DNA of 61,505 nt from Alphaproteobacteria bacterium (GCA_035625915.1 DASPOR010000122.1:1-61505), one strand, 5' to 3'. Numbered from the stretch's first letter, positions 18,535 through 30,700 are shown. The notes: generated by a model from the sequence alone, not told the origin. Program-made: numbers and translations.

Positions 18535-19962
18535 ATGTCCGTCGCCAAGCTCGCCGTGAAGTCAGCCAAGAACAGGGATTATGCCGTTGCCGATATCGGG
18601 CTCGCAGCGTGGGGCCGGCGCGAGCTTGCGATTGCGGAGACGGAAATGCCCGGCCTTATGGCCGTGCGGGCCGAGTACGGCAAGAAAAAGCCGCTCAAGG
18701 GTGCGCGGATCGCAGGCTCGCTCCACATGACGATTCAAACGGCGGTCCTCATCGAAACGCTCAAGACGCTCGGCGCCGATGTGCGCTGGGCGTCGTGCAA
18801 TATCTACTCTACCCAGGATCACGCCGCGGCGGCGGTCGCGGAGTCGGGCACGCCCGTCTTCGCGTACAAGGGCGAAAGCCTGACGGAATATTGGGAATTC
18901 ACACATCGAATTTTCGAATGGGCCGACGGTGGCACGCCCAACATGATCCTTGATGACGGCGGGGATGCCACACTCCTCGTCCATCTCGGCATGCGCGCCG
19001 AGAAGGATGCTTCGGTGCTTGCCAATCCCCACAACGAGGAGGAAGAGGCTCTATACGCCGCGATCAAGAAACGGCTCAAGCTGCGGCCGGGCTTTTATGC
19101 GCGGATCGGTTCCGCGATTAAGGGCGTCACCGAAGAAACCACGACCGGGGTCCATCGTCTTTACCAGATGGCGAAAGACCGTACGTTACTGTTTCCCGCG
19201 ATTAACGTGAACGACTCGGTCACGAAGTCGAAATTCGACAACCTTTATGGCTGCCGCGAATCGCTCGTCGACGGGATTCGCCGGGCAACCGACGTCATGA
19301 TGGCGGGCAAGATCGCCATGGTTTGCGGCTTCGGCGATGTGGGCAAGGGCTCCGCTGCGTCCCTGCGCAATGCGGGCGCGCGCGTGCTCGTGTCGGAAAT
19401 CGACCCGATCTGCGCGCTCCAGGCGGCGATGGAAGGCTATGAGGTCGTGACGATGGAGGACGCCGCTCCGCGTGCGGACATTTTCGTGACCGCGACCGGT
19501 AACGTCGACGTTATCACGATCGACCACATGCGCAAGATGAGGGACCGCGCAATCGTTTGCAATATCGGACACTTCGATTCGGAGATACAAGTCTCAGCCC
19601 TGCGCAACCACAAATGGCACAACGTGAAGCCCCAGGTAGACGAAATCGAGTTCCCGAGCGGCCGGCGGATAATCTTGCTCGCCGAGGGACGGCTCGTGAA
19701 CCTCGGCTGCGCCACGGGTCACCCGAGCTTCGTGATGAGCGCTTCGTTCACCAATCAGACTTTGGCGCAGATCGAGCTTTGGACGAATCCTGGCAAATAC
19801 GAGCGCCGAGTCTATGTGCTGCCGAAGCACCTCGACGAGAAAGTAGCCGCTCTTCATCTCGATAAGGTCGGCGCGAAACTTACCAAGCTGACGAGCGATC
19901 AAGCCAAGTATCTCGGGCTTTCCCAAAAGGGGCCGTATAAGCCGGACCACTATCGTTACTAA
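18535..19962 (+). CDS. ahcY: S-adenosyl-L-homocysteine hydrolase
   Basis: [56 protein letters not shown]. Confidence 0.98.
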   Translation: MSVAKLAVKSAKNRDYAVADIGLAAWGRRELAIAETEMPGLMAVRAEYGKKKPLKGARIAGSLHMTIQTAVLIETLKTLGADVRWASCNIYSTQDHAAAAVAESGTPVFAYKGESLTEYWEFTHRIFEWADGGTPNMILDDGGDATLLVHLGMRAEKDASVLANPHNEEEEALYAAIKKRLKLRPGFYARIGSAIKGVTEETTTGVHRLYQMAKDRTLLFPAINVNDSVTKSKFDNLYGCRESLVDGIRRATDVMMAGKIAMVCGFGDVGKGSAASLRNAGARVLVSEIDPICALQAAMEGYEVVTMEDAAPRADIFVTATGNVDVITIDHMRKMRDRAIVCNIGHFDSEIQVSALRNHKWHNVKPQVDEIEFPSGRRIILLAEGRLVNLGCATGHPSFVMSASFTNQTLAQIELWTNPGKYERRVYVLPKHLDEKVAALHLDKVGAKLTKLTSDQAKYLGLSQKGPYKPDHYRY

Positions 19963-20059
19963 TGTAGGCTATTACCCTAAAAGCCTGTATAATCACGACA
20001 AAAGGACCGCGGCTGTAAGCAGGTCGGCGCTGACCTTGGGCGGATAGGGGCACGGGGGA

Positions 20060-22267
20060 ATGACGGTTTCGAGCGGGGAGCGGTCGAGGCTCGGGCTTGC
20101 CCTCCCGGTCGCCTTCTGCGGCGTTTTCGTCTGCACCCCCGCATTCGGAGCGGGAGAGGGAGGGGCGATCTTTTCGGCTTGGGCGTTCGGTATCGCTGCG
20201 AGTATTGCGTGCGCCGCTCTCGCGGGGCTGGCGCTCGCGATCCTGCGCATGACATCGCTCAAGCGCGAACAACGCCGCCTCGCCGACAGGACAGCGGAAC
20301 TCGTTTCGCTCGCGGCGGCGCGGGAAGCGGACCTTGGCGATCTTCGTGCGAAGGCCGATTCGAGCACGCGCGCGAGTCAACTGCAGCGCACCATATTCGA
20401 TCGCATTGCCATCCCCCTCTGGCAGCGCGATGCGGAGTTGCGCTTGATCGACTGCAACAAAGCCTATATCGACGCCGTCGAAAGCGCCTCCGTGGCTGAG
20501 GTCGCCACGGAAGATCGGGAGCTTGCGGCTGGCGCGATTCCAAAACGCGGCAAGGCGCTTGCCGAACAGGCGGTGAGCGCGAAGGCGACGAAACGCACGA
20601 CAGGCTATGTCGTGATCGGGGGAAGCCGGCGCCTCTTGCAGATCGTCGAGACCCCCCTCGGCGGCGGCGGCACGTTCGGCTATGCACTCGACTTGACCGA
20701 CCTCGACGAGGCGCGGGCCGAACTCGACCGCCATATCGCCGCCCAGGCCAATGTGCTCGAGCAACTTGGCACCGCGATCGCCACATACGGCCCGGACCAG
20801 CGGGTGCGCTTCGCCAATACGGCGTATGCGCGGCTTTGGCGCCTCGACGAGGATTGGCTGAAGACCCAGCCGACCATGAGCGAAGTGCTCGAAGTCCAGC
20901 GTGAACGTCGGCGCCTGCCCGAGCACGCGGATTTTCCCGCCTTCAAGCGTGGCCTCTTGCAGATGTTCACCTCGCTGATCGAACGCCACGAGGAGCTTCA
21001 GCACCTTCCGGACGGCACGACGCTGCGGGCCGTGATCACTGCGCACCCCTTCGGCGGCCTGCTTCTCACGTTCGAAGACGTGACGGACAAGCTCGCACTC
21101 GAGCGCAACTACAACACGCTGATCGCGGTCCAGCGCGAAACCATCGACACGCTCCACGAGGCGATCGGCGTGTTCGGCAGCGACCTGCGATTGAAGCTTC
21201 ACAATCCGAGCTTCGCCAAAATGTGGGGAATCCCGGAGGGCAGCGACGCGGCGGAAATCCACCTTGTCGACCTCCTCGATGCGGCACGCCACCTCTTCGA
21301 CTACGGCGGAGATTGGGCCGGACTGAAGGAGGACATCATTGCGACAGTAAGCGATCGCACCTCCCAAAGCGGCCGGCTCGAGCGGACCGACGGCACGGTG
21401 CTCGATTGGGCAAAGGTCCCGCTCTCCGACGGTGCCGTGGTGCTGAGCTATCTCGACGTCACGGACAGCATACGCGTCGAGCGCGCACTCCGCGAACGAA
21501 ACGAAGCGCTCATCACCGCCGACCGACTCAAGTCGGAATTCATCGCAAACGTTTCGTATGAGCTGCGGACACCGCTCAACGCGATCATCGGATTCTCGGA
21601 AATCCTCAATAATCAGTACTTCGGCGAGCTCAACGTCAAGCAAGTCGAGTACATGCGCGGCATACTCGACGCCTCAAATCGCCTTCTTTCCCTCATTAAC
21701 GACATTCTCGATCTCGCCCTGATCGAAGCGGGGCGCATGACGCTCGAGCGCGAGGCGGTCCAGATCCACGCACTTCTCGTCTCGGTGATGAGCCTGACCC
21801 GCGAATGGGGCCGCAAGCAGAACCTCACCTTCGAATTCGATTGTCCGGCGGACATCGGCGCCATTATGGCCGATGAGCGCCGACTGAAGCAGGCGCTCTT
21901 CAACCTTGTGAGTAACGCGATCAAGTTTTCGCCCTCGGGCGGGCGCATCGCCCTGTCGGCGAGACGCGAAGGCAACGAGCTTGTGCTCTCGGTTTCGGAC
22001 AATGGCATCGGGATACCGCGGGAGGACCAGGCGCGAGTTTTCGAGAAATTCGAACGGGGGCGCAGCGGCGGTGCGGGGCTCGGCCTCTCCCTGGTGCGTA
22101 GCTTTATCAATCTCCATGGCGGCCGCGTCGAAATCGAATCGGAGCCCAAGATCGGGACGACAGTGCGCTGCTATCTGCCGATTCGGCGCCTCGAAGCAGT
22201 CCCGAGTCCAAGCGCCGAAGAGCGCGTCGCGGTCGAGAACAGTCAAGCCGCCGGTGGGGGCGATTAG
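20060..22267 (+). CDS. divL: PAS-domain pseudo-histidine kinase DivL
   Basis: N-terminal TM segment, PAS/PAS_7 repeats, H-box ANVSYELRTPLN with Tyr replacing His, HATPase; lies in the conserved ahcY-tsaE position. Confidence 0.85.
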   Translation: MTVSSGERSRLGLALPVAFCGVFVCTPAFGAGEGGAIFSAWAFGIAASIACAALAGLALAILRMTSLKREQRRLADRTAELVSLAAAREADLGDLRAKADSSTRASQLQRTIFDRIAIPLWQRDAELRLIDCNKAYIDAVESASVAEVATEDRELAAGAIPKRGKALAEQAVSAKATKRTTGYVVIGGSRRLLQIVETPLGGGGTFGYALDLTDLDEARAELDRHIAAQANVLEQLGTAIATYGPDQRVRFANTAYARLWRLDEDWLKTQPTMSEVLEVQRERRRLPEHADFPAFKRGLLQMFTSLIERHEELQHLPDGTTLRAVITAHPFGGLLLTFEDVTDKLALERNYNTLIAVQRETIDTLHEAIGVFGSDLRLKLHNPSFAKMWGIPEGSDAAEIHLVDLLDAARHLFDYGGDWAGLKEDIIATVSDRTSQSGRLERTDGTVLDWAKVPLSDGAVVLSYLDVTDSIRVERALRERNEALITADRLKSEFIANVSYELRTPLNAIIGFSEILNNQYFGELNVKQVEYMRGILDASNRLLSLINDILDLALIEAGRMTLEREAVQIHALLVSVMSLTREWGRKQNLTFEFDCPADIGAIMADERRLKQALFNLVSNAIKFSPSGGRIALSARREGNELVLSVSDNGIGIPREDQARVFEKFERGRSGGAGLGLSLVRSFINLHGGRVEIESEPKIGTTVRCYLPIRRLEAVPSPSAEERVAVENSQAAGGGD

Positions 22268-22527
22268 AGCGCATCGATTTGAGAGTGATGGACTTCGAAA
22301 TCGCGTAGCATTATGCCTTGCCGGCCTTTATGAACTGCTCCCCGGTCGATCCGTTCATATGAATGACGCCGCAGAGGCCGCCCTTTACGCGCGGTACTTC
22401 GCGGACAAAAATGACAGTCGGGCGGGATTTGCTGGGCAAGCGCCAAATTTTGATCGAGAAATCGCAAGATGCGACTACAGATGTGGGTCGAACGGCGAGA
22501 GGCGCAGACGATTCGGAGGCGGCTCGG

Positions 22528-23037
22528 ATGACCCTTCCCAACGGGTGCAGGGCCGGGGAAAAGCGCGCGGATGGCTTGACGCGGGATTTGGTGCTGGGCG
22601 ATTTGGCCGCGACGGAGCGCCTTGCACAAGCGCTGGCGAATGGAGCGCTTCCCGGGGATATCCTGGCACTCTCGGGCCCTCTCGGCGTGGGGAAGACAGC
22701 ATTCGCCCGCGCCTACATTAGCGCTCTGGGTGGGGCGGAGGAGGTGCCGAGCCCGACCTTCACGCTCGTACAAACCTATGACATAGGCGGTGTGAGCGTG
22801 TTCCATTTCGATCTCTATCGGCTCGAGCGGTTTACCGACGCCTATGAACTCGATCTCGAAGACGCATTTTCCGAAGGCATCAGCCTGATCGAATGGCCCG
22901 AGCGCCTGGGCCCGCTGCTGCCGGACGAGCGGCTCGATATTATGCTAAGCTTCCAAGATGCCAGCGATGCACGGCACGCACGCCTTATTGCCTATGACGA
23001 ACGCTGGGTGACACGCCTTCGGGAGCTCGCGGATTGA
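22528..23037 (+). CDS. tsaE: tRNA threonylcarbamoyladenosine biosynthesis ATPase TsaE
   Basis: LSGPLGVGKT, VPSPTFTLVQTY, HFDLYRL, LIEWPER; GGAGG RBS before ATG 22528. Confidence 0.94.
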   Translation: MTLPNGCRAGEKRADGLTRDLVLGDLAATERLAQALANGALPGDILALSGPLGVGKTAFARAYISALGGAEEVPSPTFTLVQTYDIGGVSVFHFDLYRLERFTDAYELDLEDAFSEGISLIEWPERLGPLLPDERLDIMLSFQDASDARHARLIAYDERWVTRLRELAD

Positions 23038-24059
23038 GCCCACGCCAAACTGAGGCACGTCAGGCCCGGATCGAATTGTTCCTCGGCGAAATCGGATGGG
23101 GCCAGGCCGCGCGAAAACCGCTCGCGGGCGACGCTTCGTTTCGACGCTATGAGCGACTCGTTCGTGCGACAGGGGCCAAGGCGGTGTTGATGGACGCGCC
23201 GCCGGAGCGCGAAAACGTTCGCACCTTTGCAGCCCTCGCGCGCCATCTTGCCTCCCTGGGGCTTTCAGCGCCACACATCCTCGAAATCGACGAAGAGGCT
23301 GGTTTGCTTTTGCTCGAAGATTTCGGCGATGCCAACATGGCGCGGCTGATCGACGGCACCGGCGACAAGGCGCCGCTTTACGCACTTGCCATCGACACGC
23401 TTATCGCACTCCATCGTCATCCCGGTGCGGTGGCAGCACCTGTCCTTCCCTTCGTCGGAGAACGGCCATTGCGTGAAGTCGGCTACGTCCTCGATTGGTA
23501 TCTGCCCGCGGTCACGGGCCGGCCGACTTCCGAAGATTTGCGCGCGGAATATCTCAACGCGTGGCGGCTAGTGCTGCCGGCTGCGAACGGGGTGCCGGAG
23601 ACGCTCGTGCTCTTCGACTTTTTTCCCGAAAACCTTATGCTGCTCGAAGGCCGCGAGGGCGTTGGCGCATGCGGCCTCCTCGACTTCCAAGACGCGGTGA
23701 TCGGCCCGATCTCCTACGATCTCGTCTCGCTCCTCGAGGATGCGCGGCGCGATGTGCCGGCCTCACTTCGGGACGCGATGCTGGGGCGCTATCTCAACGC
23801 GTTTCAGGCACTCGACCGCGCGGCGTTCAGCACCTCGTGCGCCGTCATGAGCGCTCAGCGCAACATGCGCATCGTCGGCGTCTTCACGCGCCTTTGCGTG
23901 CGCGACCGCAAGCCCGACTACTTGCGGCATCTGCCCCGCGTCTGGCGTCTTGTCGACCATGCGCTCGGCCACCCGGCTCTCTTGCCCGTCAAGGCCTGGC
24001 TTGACTTGAATATACCACCGCATCTGCGGCGGATCCCGCCGTGCGATTTTGCGCTATGA
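23034..24059 (+). CDS. Aminoglycoside phosphotransferase family/anomeric MurNAc kinase AmgK-like
   Basis: LAGDASFRRYER, VLMDAPP, LLLEDFGD, LLDFQDA, YDLVSLLED; TTG start. Confidence 0.9.
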   Translation: MSPRQTEARQARIELFLGEIGWGQAARKPLAGDASFRRYERLVRATGAKAVLMDAPPERENVRTFAALARHLASLGLSAPHILEIDEEAGLLLLEDFGDANMARLIDGTGDKAPLYALAIDTLIALHRHPGAVAAPVLPFVGERPLREVGYVLDWYLPAVTGRPTSEDLRAEYLNAWRLVLPAANGVPETLVLFDFFPENLMLLEGREGVGACGLLDFQDAVIGPISYDLVSLLEDARRDVPASLRDAMLGRYLNAFQALDRAAFSTSCAVMSAQRNMRIVGVFTRLCVRDRKPDYLRHLPRVWRLVDHALGHPALLPVKAWLDLNIPPHLRRIPPCDFAL

Positions 24060-24784
24060 GTGTTCCGAAGCGCGCCATGGTACTTTCCGCCGGGCTTGGC
24101 GTCCGTATGCGCCCGATCACCGACCGGATTCCGAAGCCGCTCGTGACCGTGGCGGGCCGCACCCTGCTCGACCGCTGTCTTGATCGGCTCGACGCTGCCG
24201 GCGTGGAAACTGTCGTCGTCAACACCTTCCATTTGGCGGAACTCGTCGAGCGGCACGTTGCGGCGCGCCGGCGTCCGCATATCGTAATCTCTCGCGAGGT
24301 CGAACTTCTCGATACTGGTGGGGGCGTGGCGAATGCGTTATCGCATTTGCTGCCGGGCTCCTTCTTCGTCATCAACAGCGACTCGCTTTGGCTCGACGGT
24401 GCTGTCGACACTCTCCATCGCTTGGCAAGTGCGTGGGATGATGCGCACATGGATGCACTTCTCCTCTTGAAGCCCGTCGAACTCGCGAGCGGCTACGACG
24501 GAAAAGGCGATTTCCATCTGGGGCCAGAAGGGCGTCTCACACGCCGTGCCAAGGGTGCGTCAGCGCCGTTCCTATTCATCGGCCTACAAATCCTCTCGCC
24601 CCGGCTCTTCACGGGATTGGCGGTCGGGAAATTTTCGCTTAACCGGCTTTACGACCGCGCCGCCGCATCGGGCAGGCTGCACGGCCTTCGCCATGAAGGT
24701 GCTTATTTTCACGTCGGCACGCCCGAAGCGCTCGTACTGGCGGAACGAAATCTCGTCAAACGCGCAAACGGCGAGATGGAATGA
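24056..24784 (+). CDS. Nucleotidyltransferase, MurU-like
   Basis: AMVLSAGLGVRMRPIT..PKPL, LDTGGG, NSDSLW, HVGTP. Confidence 0.92.
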   Translation: MSVPKRAMVLSAGLGVRMRPITDRIPKPLVTVAGRTLLDRCLDRLDAAGVETVVVNTFHLAELVERHVAARRRPHIVISREVELLDTGGGVANALSHLLPGSFFVINSDSLWLDGAVDTLHRLASAWDDAHMDALLLLKPVELASGYDGKGDFHLGPEGRLTRRAKGASAPFLFIGLQILSPRLFTGLAVGKFSLNRLYDRAAASGRLHGLRHEGAYFHVGTPEALVLAERNLVKRANGEME

Positions 24785-27741
24785 GCATCGCCCCCACGCA
24801 CGTATTTACGATTCCACCTGGCGTTCCCTTCGTCGACGCCCTTGCCGCCACATTGCTCGCGGAGTGCCGCGACGACCCGCAGCGGCTCGCACGCTATACC
24901 GTGCTCCTGCCGACACGGCGCGCTTCGCGCAGCCTGCGCGAGGCATTTCTTCGCCGCTCGGTGGGCAAGGCGCTGCTTCTACCCCGCATGACGCCGATCG
25001 GCGATATGGACGAAGACGAACTGATTTTCACGAGCGCCGACCCGACACTCGCGGACGCAAATCTGGACATTCCCCCGGCAATTCCCGAATTGCGCCGTCG
25101 ATTGCTACTCGCCGAGCTCGCGCGCAAGGTGGACGGGCGCTCGCCCGAGCAGGCTGTGCGCCTCGCCGCCGAACTCGGGCGGCTCATCGACCAGGCCGAG
25201 ACCGAGCGTCTCGGCTTCGATCGGCTCGCGACCCTTGTGCCCGCGCGCTATGCGGCGCACTGGCAGATCACGCTCGATTTTCTGCGGATCGTGACCGAGC
25301 ACTGGCCGAAAGTGCTCGAGGAGGAAGGCTCGATCGACCCTTCCGCACGGCGCAATCGTCTCCTCGATGCGCAAGCCGCATTGTGGCGCGCCAACCCACC
25401 CGTGGACCCCATCGTCGCGGCAGGTTCGACCGGCAGTATTCCGGCGACCGCGGAGCTCCTAGCCATAATCGCGCGGTTGTCGAATGGGCGCGTGGTCGTA
25501 CCGGGACTCGACCGGCACACCGACTCCGACGCTTGGAATGCACTCGAGCCAAGTCACCCGCAGTTCGCCCTGAAGCGCCTTCTGGAGCGCATCGGAATCG
25601 AGCGTGGCGACGTCGAGGATTGGCCTTGCGAGGGCATCGAGGCGGCGCATCCAGGGCGGGCATTGCTTCTCGCCGAAGCGCTCCGCCCCGCCGCCACCAC
25701 CGATGCTTGGCGCCGGCTCGAAGCGCTGCCAGATAATGTCACCCGTGGCCTGAACCGCGTCGATTGTCCGACCCCACGAGAGGAGGCCGGAGCCATCGCC
25801 CTTTTGATGCGCGAAGCCCTTGAAACGCCCGGCCGTACGGCTGCACTGGTGACGCCGGATCGCGCACTTGCCCGGCGTGTTGCGGTCGATCTCGAACGTT
25901 GGGGGATTGAAGTCGACGATTCGGCGGGGACGCCGCTCGACGCCACGCCACCGGGTGCATTTTTGCGCCTTCTGGCCGAGGCCGCGGCGGAAAACCTCGC
26001 ACCCGTCCCGCTCGTCTCGCTCCTCAAACACCCGTTGGCGGCATGCGGCGAGGAGCCCGGCGAGTTTCGCCGTCGCGTGCGGGCTCTCGAAATGGCAGTG
26101 TTGCGCGGTGCGCGCCCAGCACCCGGTTTCAACGGCTTGCGCGAGGCCCTCATCTCGGTCGAAGTCGGTAAGCGGTCGTCACTGCTGAAGGTCGTCGACG
26201 GGCTCGAGGCCGCATTGGCGCCTTTTTACGATCTTTTCCAAAGCCGCACCCTCGATGTCGCACAAGCGATCGACGCGCACGTCAAGGCGGCGGAGGCGCT
26301 AGCGACGAGCGGATCGCAAGAAGGTTTCGCCCGACTCTGGGCGGGGGACGCGGGCGAACAGGCGGCCGGATTCATCGCAGAACTTCGCGCCGCCGCGTTG
26401 CGATTTCCCGCAATCGATAGTGTTGCGTATCCGGGCTTCTTTAGCGCGCTTCTCTCCGGCCTCGTGGTGCGGGCGAAATACGGCCGTCACCCGCGTCTCT
26501 TCATCTGGGGTCCCCTCGAAGCACGGCTCCAGCACGCAGACCTTCTCATCCTCGGCGGGCTCAATGAAGGCACCTGGCCGCAGGAGCCGGCGGTCGACCC
26601 GTGGATGTCTCGTCCGATGCGGATCGATTTCGGCTTGCCCGAGCCCGAGCGTCGTATTGGGCTTTCCGCACACGATTTTGCGCAAGCGAGCGCTGCAGGC
26701 GAGGTGGTGTTGACGCGCGCGCTCAAGGTCGATGGCACGCCGACGGTACCCGCGCGCTGGTTGTTGCGCCTCGACAACCTTCTGCGAGCGGTCGGACTTC
26801 GGCTTGAGCGGAATTTTCCAAGCACGCTACTCGGCTGGTATCGAAATCTCGACCGTCCGCCGCACCCCGCGACGTCAATATTGCCGCCAGCACCCAAGCC
26901 CCCGCTCGACGCGCGACCGCGCAGGCTCAGCGTCACGGACATCGAAACCTGGATGCGCGATCCCTACGCCATATATGCCCGCCACATCCTGCGTCTCGAT
27001 CCGCTGGATCCGCTCGACGCGGACCCCGGTGCCGCCGATCGAGGCATCTTTATTCACCGCATTCTCGACCGCTTCGTCAGGAAATTCCCGGGCGCGTTGC
27101 CGCCCGAGGCTTTTGGGGAACTCCTCAAGATCGGCGAGGATGTCTTTCGCTCCTTGCTGGACCGACCCGGCGTGCGCACCTTTTGGTGGCCGCGCTTCGA
27201 GCGTATTGCCGCGTGGTTCGTCGAAAGCGAGCATGACCGGCGACCGCGGATCGAGGAGTCGCTAAGCGAAGTCACCGGTGCCCTCGTTTTCGAAACGGCC
27301 GGCAGGCTTTTCACGCTCACCGGACGCGCCGACCGCATCGACCGGCTGAAAGCCGGTGGGCTTGCCATCGTCGACTACAAGACCGGCACGGTGCCGAAGA
27401 TCGGCGACGTGAAGGCGGGTCTCGCACCCCAGCTTTCGCTAGAAGCAGCGATGGCAATGGAGGGCGCCTTTCGCGGTGTCTCGGCCGAGGACGTGACGGA
27501 GCTTGCATTTTGGCGTCTCACCGGCGGACAACGGCCGGGCGAGATCATCGAGCTCAAGGCAAATCCGGTTGACCTCGCGCACGATGCCCTTGCCGGACTT
27601 TTGCATCTGATCGCGAAATTCGATCAGATCGAGACCGGTTATGAGGCCCGGCCACGGCCCGACTACGCACCTCGGTTCAGCGACTACGAGCATCTGGCAC
27701 GCGTCAAGGAATGGTCAGCGCAAAACGGGGAAACCGAATGA
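24781..27741 (+). CDS. addB: Double-strand break repair protein AddB
   Basis: VLLPTRRA, AAGSTGSIPATA, WGPLEARL, GLNEGTWP, RDPYAIYA, GRADRID, DYKTG. Confidence 0.96.
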   Translation: MSIAPTHVFTIPPGVPFVDALAATLLAECRDDPQRLARYTVLLPTRRASRSLREAFLRRSVGKALLLPRMTPIGDMDEDELIFTSADPTLADANLDIPPAIPELRRRLLLAELARKVDGRSPEQAVRLAAELGRLIDQAETERLGFDRLATLVPARYAAHWQITLDFLRIVTEHWPKVLEEEGSIDPSARRNRLLDAQAALWRANPPVDPIVAAGSTGSIPATAELLAIIARLSNGRVVVPGLDRHTDSDAWNALEPSHPQFALKRLLERIGIERGDVEDWPCEGIEAAHPGRALLLAEALRPAATTDAWRRLEALPDNVTRGLNRVDCPTPREEAGAIALLMREALETPGRTAALVTPDRALARRVAVDLERWGIEVDDSAGTPLDATPPGAFLRLLAEAAAENLAPVPLVSLLKHPLAACGEEPGEFRRRVRALEMAVLRGARPAPGFNGLREALISVEVGKRSSLLKVVDGLEAALAPFYDLFQSRTLDVAQAIDAHVKAAEALATSGSQEGFARLWAGDAGEQAAGFIAELRAAALRFPAIDSVAYPGFFSALLSGLVVRAKYGRHPRLFIWGPLEARLQHADLLILGGLNEGTWPQEPAVDPWMSRPMRIDFGLPEPERRIGLSAHDFAQASAAGEVVLTRALKVDGTPTVPARWLLRLDNLLRAVGLRLERNFPSTLLGWYRNLDRPPHPATSILPPAPKPPLDARPRRLSVTDIETWMRDPYAIYARHILRLDPLDPLDADPGAADRGIFIHRILDRFVRKFPGALPPEAFGELLKIGEDVFRSLLDRPGVRTFWWPRFERIAAWFVESEHDRRPRIEESLSEVTGALVFETAGRLFTLTGRADRIDRLKAGGLAIVDYKTGTVPKIGDVKAGLAPQLSLEAAMAMEGAFRGVSAEDVTELAFWRLTGGQRPGEIIELKANPVDLAHDALAGLLHLIAKFDQIETGYEARPRPDYAPRFSDYEHLARVKEWSAQNGETE

Positions 27742-30700
27742 GCACGGCCTCGGCGCCGCTCGATCCACGCAAGGATCAGCGCCTTGCGGCCGATCCCGCG
27801 GCATCCGTATGGGTCTCGGCATCAGCGGGCACGGGCAAGACGTCGGTCCTCACCGAGCGCGTGCTGAGTTTGCTGCTTGCCGGCACGCCGCCGACGCGCA
27901 TCCTTTGCCTCACCTTCACGAAGGCGGCGGCGGCTGAGATGGCGAACCGCATCGCAATCCGCCTCGGCGCCTGGGCGAGCGATTCGGACGCGGAACTCGA
28001 CAAGATGCTTGACGATCTTCCGCAAGCGAAGGCGGAGGGCGACCGGCGCGCTCGCGCGCGACGACTGTTCGCCCAGGTCGTCGACGCGCCCGGCCGGCTC
28101 AAGATCATGACCATTCACGCCTTCTGCCAATCGCTCTTACGCCGCTTTCCTCTCGAGGCGGGGCTTTCGCCACATTTCGAAGTGATGGACGAGCGTAGTG
28201 CGGCCGAGCTTATGGCGCGCGCGCGCGACAGCCTTCTCGCTCGTGCGCGGTCCGGGGGCGAAGATACGCTGGCGCGCGCACTTGCCGAAGTGACGAGTCA
28301 CGTCGCGGAAGAGGAATTCGGAGCACTGATGGCCGATCTCGTGCGAGAGCGAAGCCGGCTCTCGGGCGGGCTCGACGACGCCGGCGGGATCGAGGGTGCG
28401 GTCTCCGCCGTCTATTGCCGCCTCGGACTGAATAGCGCCGACACCCCTGCGGGAATCCTGGCGCGCGCCTTTGCGGACGAGGCATTCGATGCGGCCGGTC
28501 TGTCCGCGGCGGCCGAAGCGCTCGCGGCGGGGACGTCCACCGACCGGGAACGGGGTGCGAAGCTTGCCGCTTGGCTTGCCGCACCCGAGCGGCGCGTGAA
28601 TAGTTTCGAGGCGTATCGCTCGATCTTCTTGACCAAAGAGGGGTCGATTCGCGCGAAGCTCGCAAGCAAGGCGGTTTGCGACGCAGCACCCCATGCCGAG
28701 GAAGCGCTCCGCGCCGAGGCGCTACGTCTTCTCGACATCGAGGATCGCCGCAATGCGGCCATCACGGCGACTGCCACGGCGGCCCTTCTGCGCCTGGGTG
28801 CGGCCATGCTCGATGCGTACGAGCACGACAAAGAACGCGCAAACCGCCTCGATTACGACGACCTCATTTTCAAAACTCGGCAGCTTCTTGAAGTGCCCGG
28901 CGCGGCATGGGTCCTTTATAAGCTCGACCTGGGTCTCGACCACATCCTGATCGACGAGGCGCAGGACACGAACCCCGATCAATGGTCGATCGTCGCAGCG
29001 CTCGCGGAAGAATTCTTCGCGGGCGAGGGTGCAAAAGCCGAGACGCGGACAATCTTCGCCGTCGGCGACGCCAAGCAATCGATCTTCAGCTTCCAGCGCG
29101 CCGATCCCAAGGCATTCGACGACATGCGCAGGCATTTTGCCGAGCGCGTGAAGTCGGCCGAGCAATCGTGGCGCTCAGTCGATCTCGAGATATCGTTCCG
29201 CTCCGCACCCGCCATACTTCGGGCCGTCGACGCCGTTTTTGCGATCGAGCCCGCAAGCGATGGCGTGGCAGCACCCGGCAGCGCGATACGCCATCGTGCC
29301 CATCGCGAGGGACATGCCGGCCTCGTCGAGCTTTGGCCGGCGGTGGCCCCGCGCGAGCGGCCGGATTTTGAGCCGTGGTCGCTGCCCCTGGCCCGCGAAA
29401 GTGTGGACTCGCCGGCAGCACGGCTTGCCGCGCTCATCGCAGCGCGAATAAAGCGCTGGATCGACGGAAAGGAAATTCTCGAATCGAAGAACCGTCCCAT
29501 TGAGGCGGGCGACATCATGGTCCTGGTGCGCCGACGCGACCTATTCGTCGAGGAACTCGTGCGCGCGCTCAAAACCGCAAACGTGCCGGTCGCTGGGGTC
29601 GACCGCATGATATTGACGGAACAGCTCGCGGTCATGGACTTGTTGGCGCTCGCCCGATTCCTTCTTTTGCCCGAAGACGATCTGACGCTCGCCACGGTCC
29701 TGAAAAGCCCGCTCGTGGACCTCGACGAAACGCAACTCTTCGAACTCGCCTACGGCCGCGCGCCGCGCACCCTTTGGCAATCGCTGATTCACCGGGCCGG
29801 CATCGATCCGGCCTTCGCGGGCGCGCATGCCTACCTTTCCACGCTTTTGAAACGAGTGGATTTCGTCCCGCCCTACGAGCTGTTCGCCGAGATCCTCGGC
29901 AACTTCGGTCAACCGGGCGAGTCAAGCGGACGCGAACGAATCCTGGCCCGACTTGGCCTCGAGGCGGAGGAACCGATCGACGAGTTTCTCGCCCAATCGC
30001 TCCTCTACGAGCGAGGCCATGTCCCGTCCCTCGAAGGCTTTCTCCATTGGATCGAGGCGGGCGATGGCGAAATCAAGCGGGATCCCGAATCGGGTGCGCG
30101 CGCCGAGGTGCGCATGATGACGGTCCATGGCGCAAAGGGCTTGCAGGCGCCAATCGTCATCCTCCCCGATACCATGCAAGTGCCGACCCAAAGCCCGAGG
30201 CTGCTATGGGGTGAACCCGACAAGGATCTGTTCCTCTGGCCGCCGCGGCGCGCGCACGAGGGAGAAGTTGCATCGAAATTGCGCGAGAATGCGAACAAAA
30301 GGCGCGACGAAGAATATCGCCGCCTCCTCTACGTTGCGATGACGCGCGCGGAAGACAGGCTCTATGTTTGCGGCTGGCGCGGCGTGAAAGAGCCGGTAGA
30401 GGGATCGTGGCATAACCTCGTCGCGAAGGGCCTCGAACGGATTGCAGAGCCCTTCGACTTCGACTGTGCCGGTGAGACCGCGGAAGGCTGGAGCGGGCGA
30501 GGTTGGCGGCTTCGGTCGAAACAAACGGCACAGCCCGCTCTATCGCGGCGCGAGGCCGGAGACCCCAAATCCGACGAGGCCATGCCCAGATGGACTAAGC
30601 GGATGCCGCTCGCGGAGCCAGTGCCCGCTCGCCCGTTCGCTCCCTCCCGCCCGAATGAGGCTGAACCGCCGGTGCGCTCGCCGCTCGGGCCCGACGATGG

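Noticed and set aside
19880-21643. Long antisense/shadow ORFs (e.g. 19880-21643, 3889-5361, 5398-7002, 31705-33159, 59516-60628)
   Set aside because: They mirror well-supported genes on the other strand, have no recognisable motifs, and are expected from high-GC codon bias.
22363-22527. 55-aa N-terminal extension of TsaE
   Set aside because: A GGAGG RBS precedes ATG 22528 and the extension has no family similarity; treated as intergenic.
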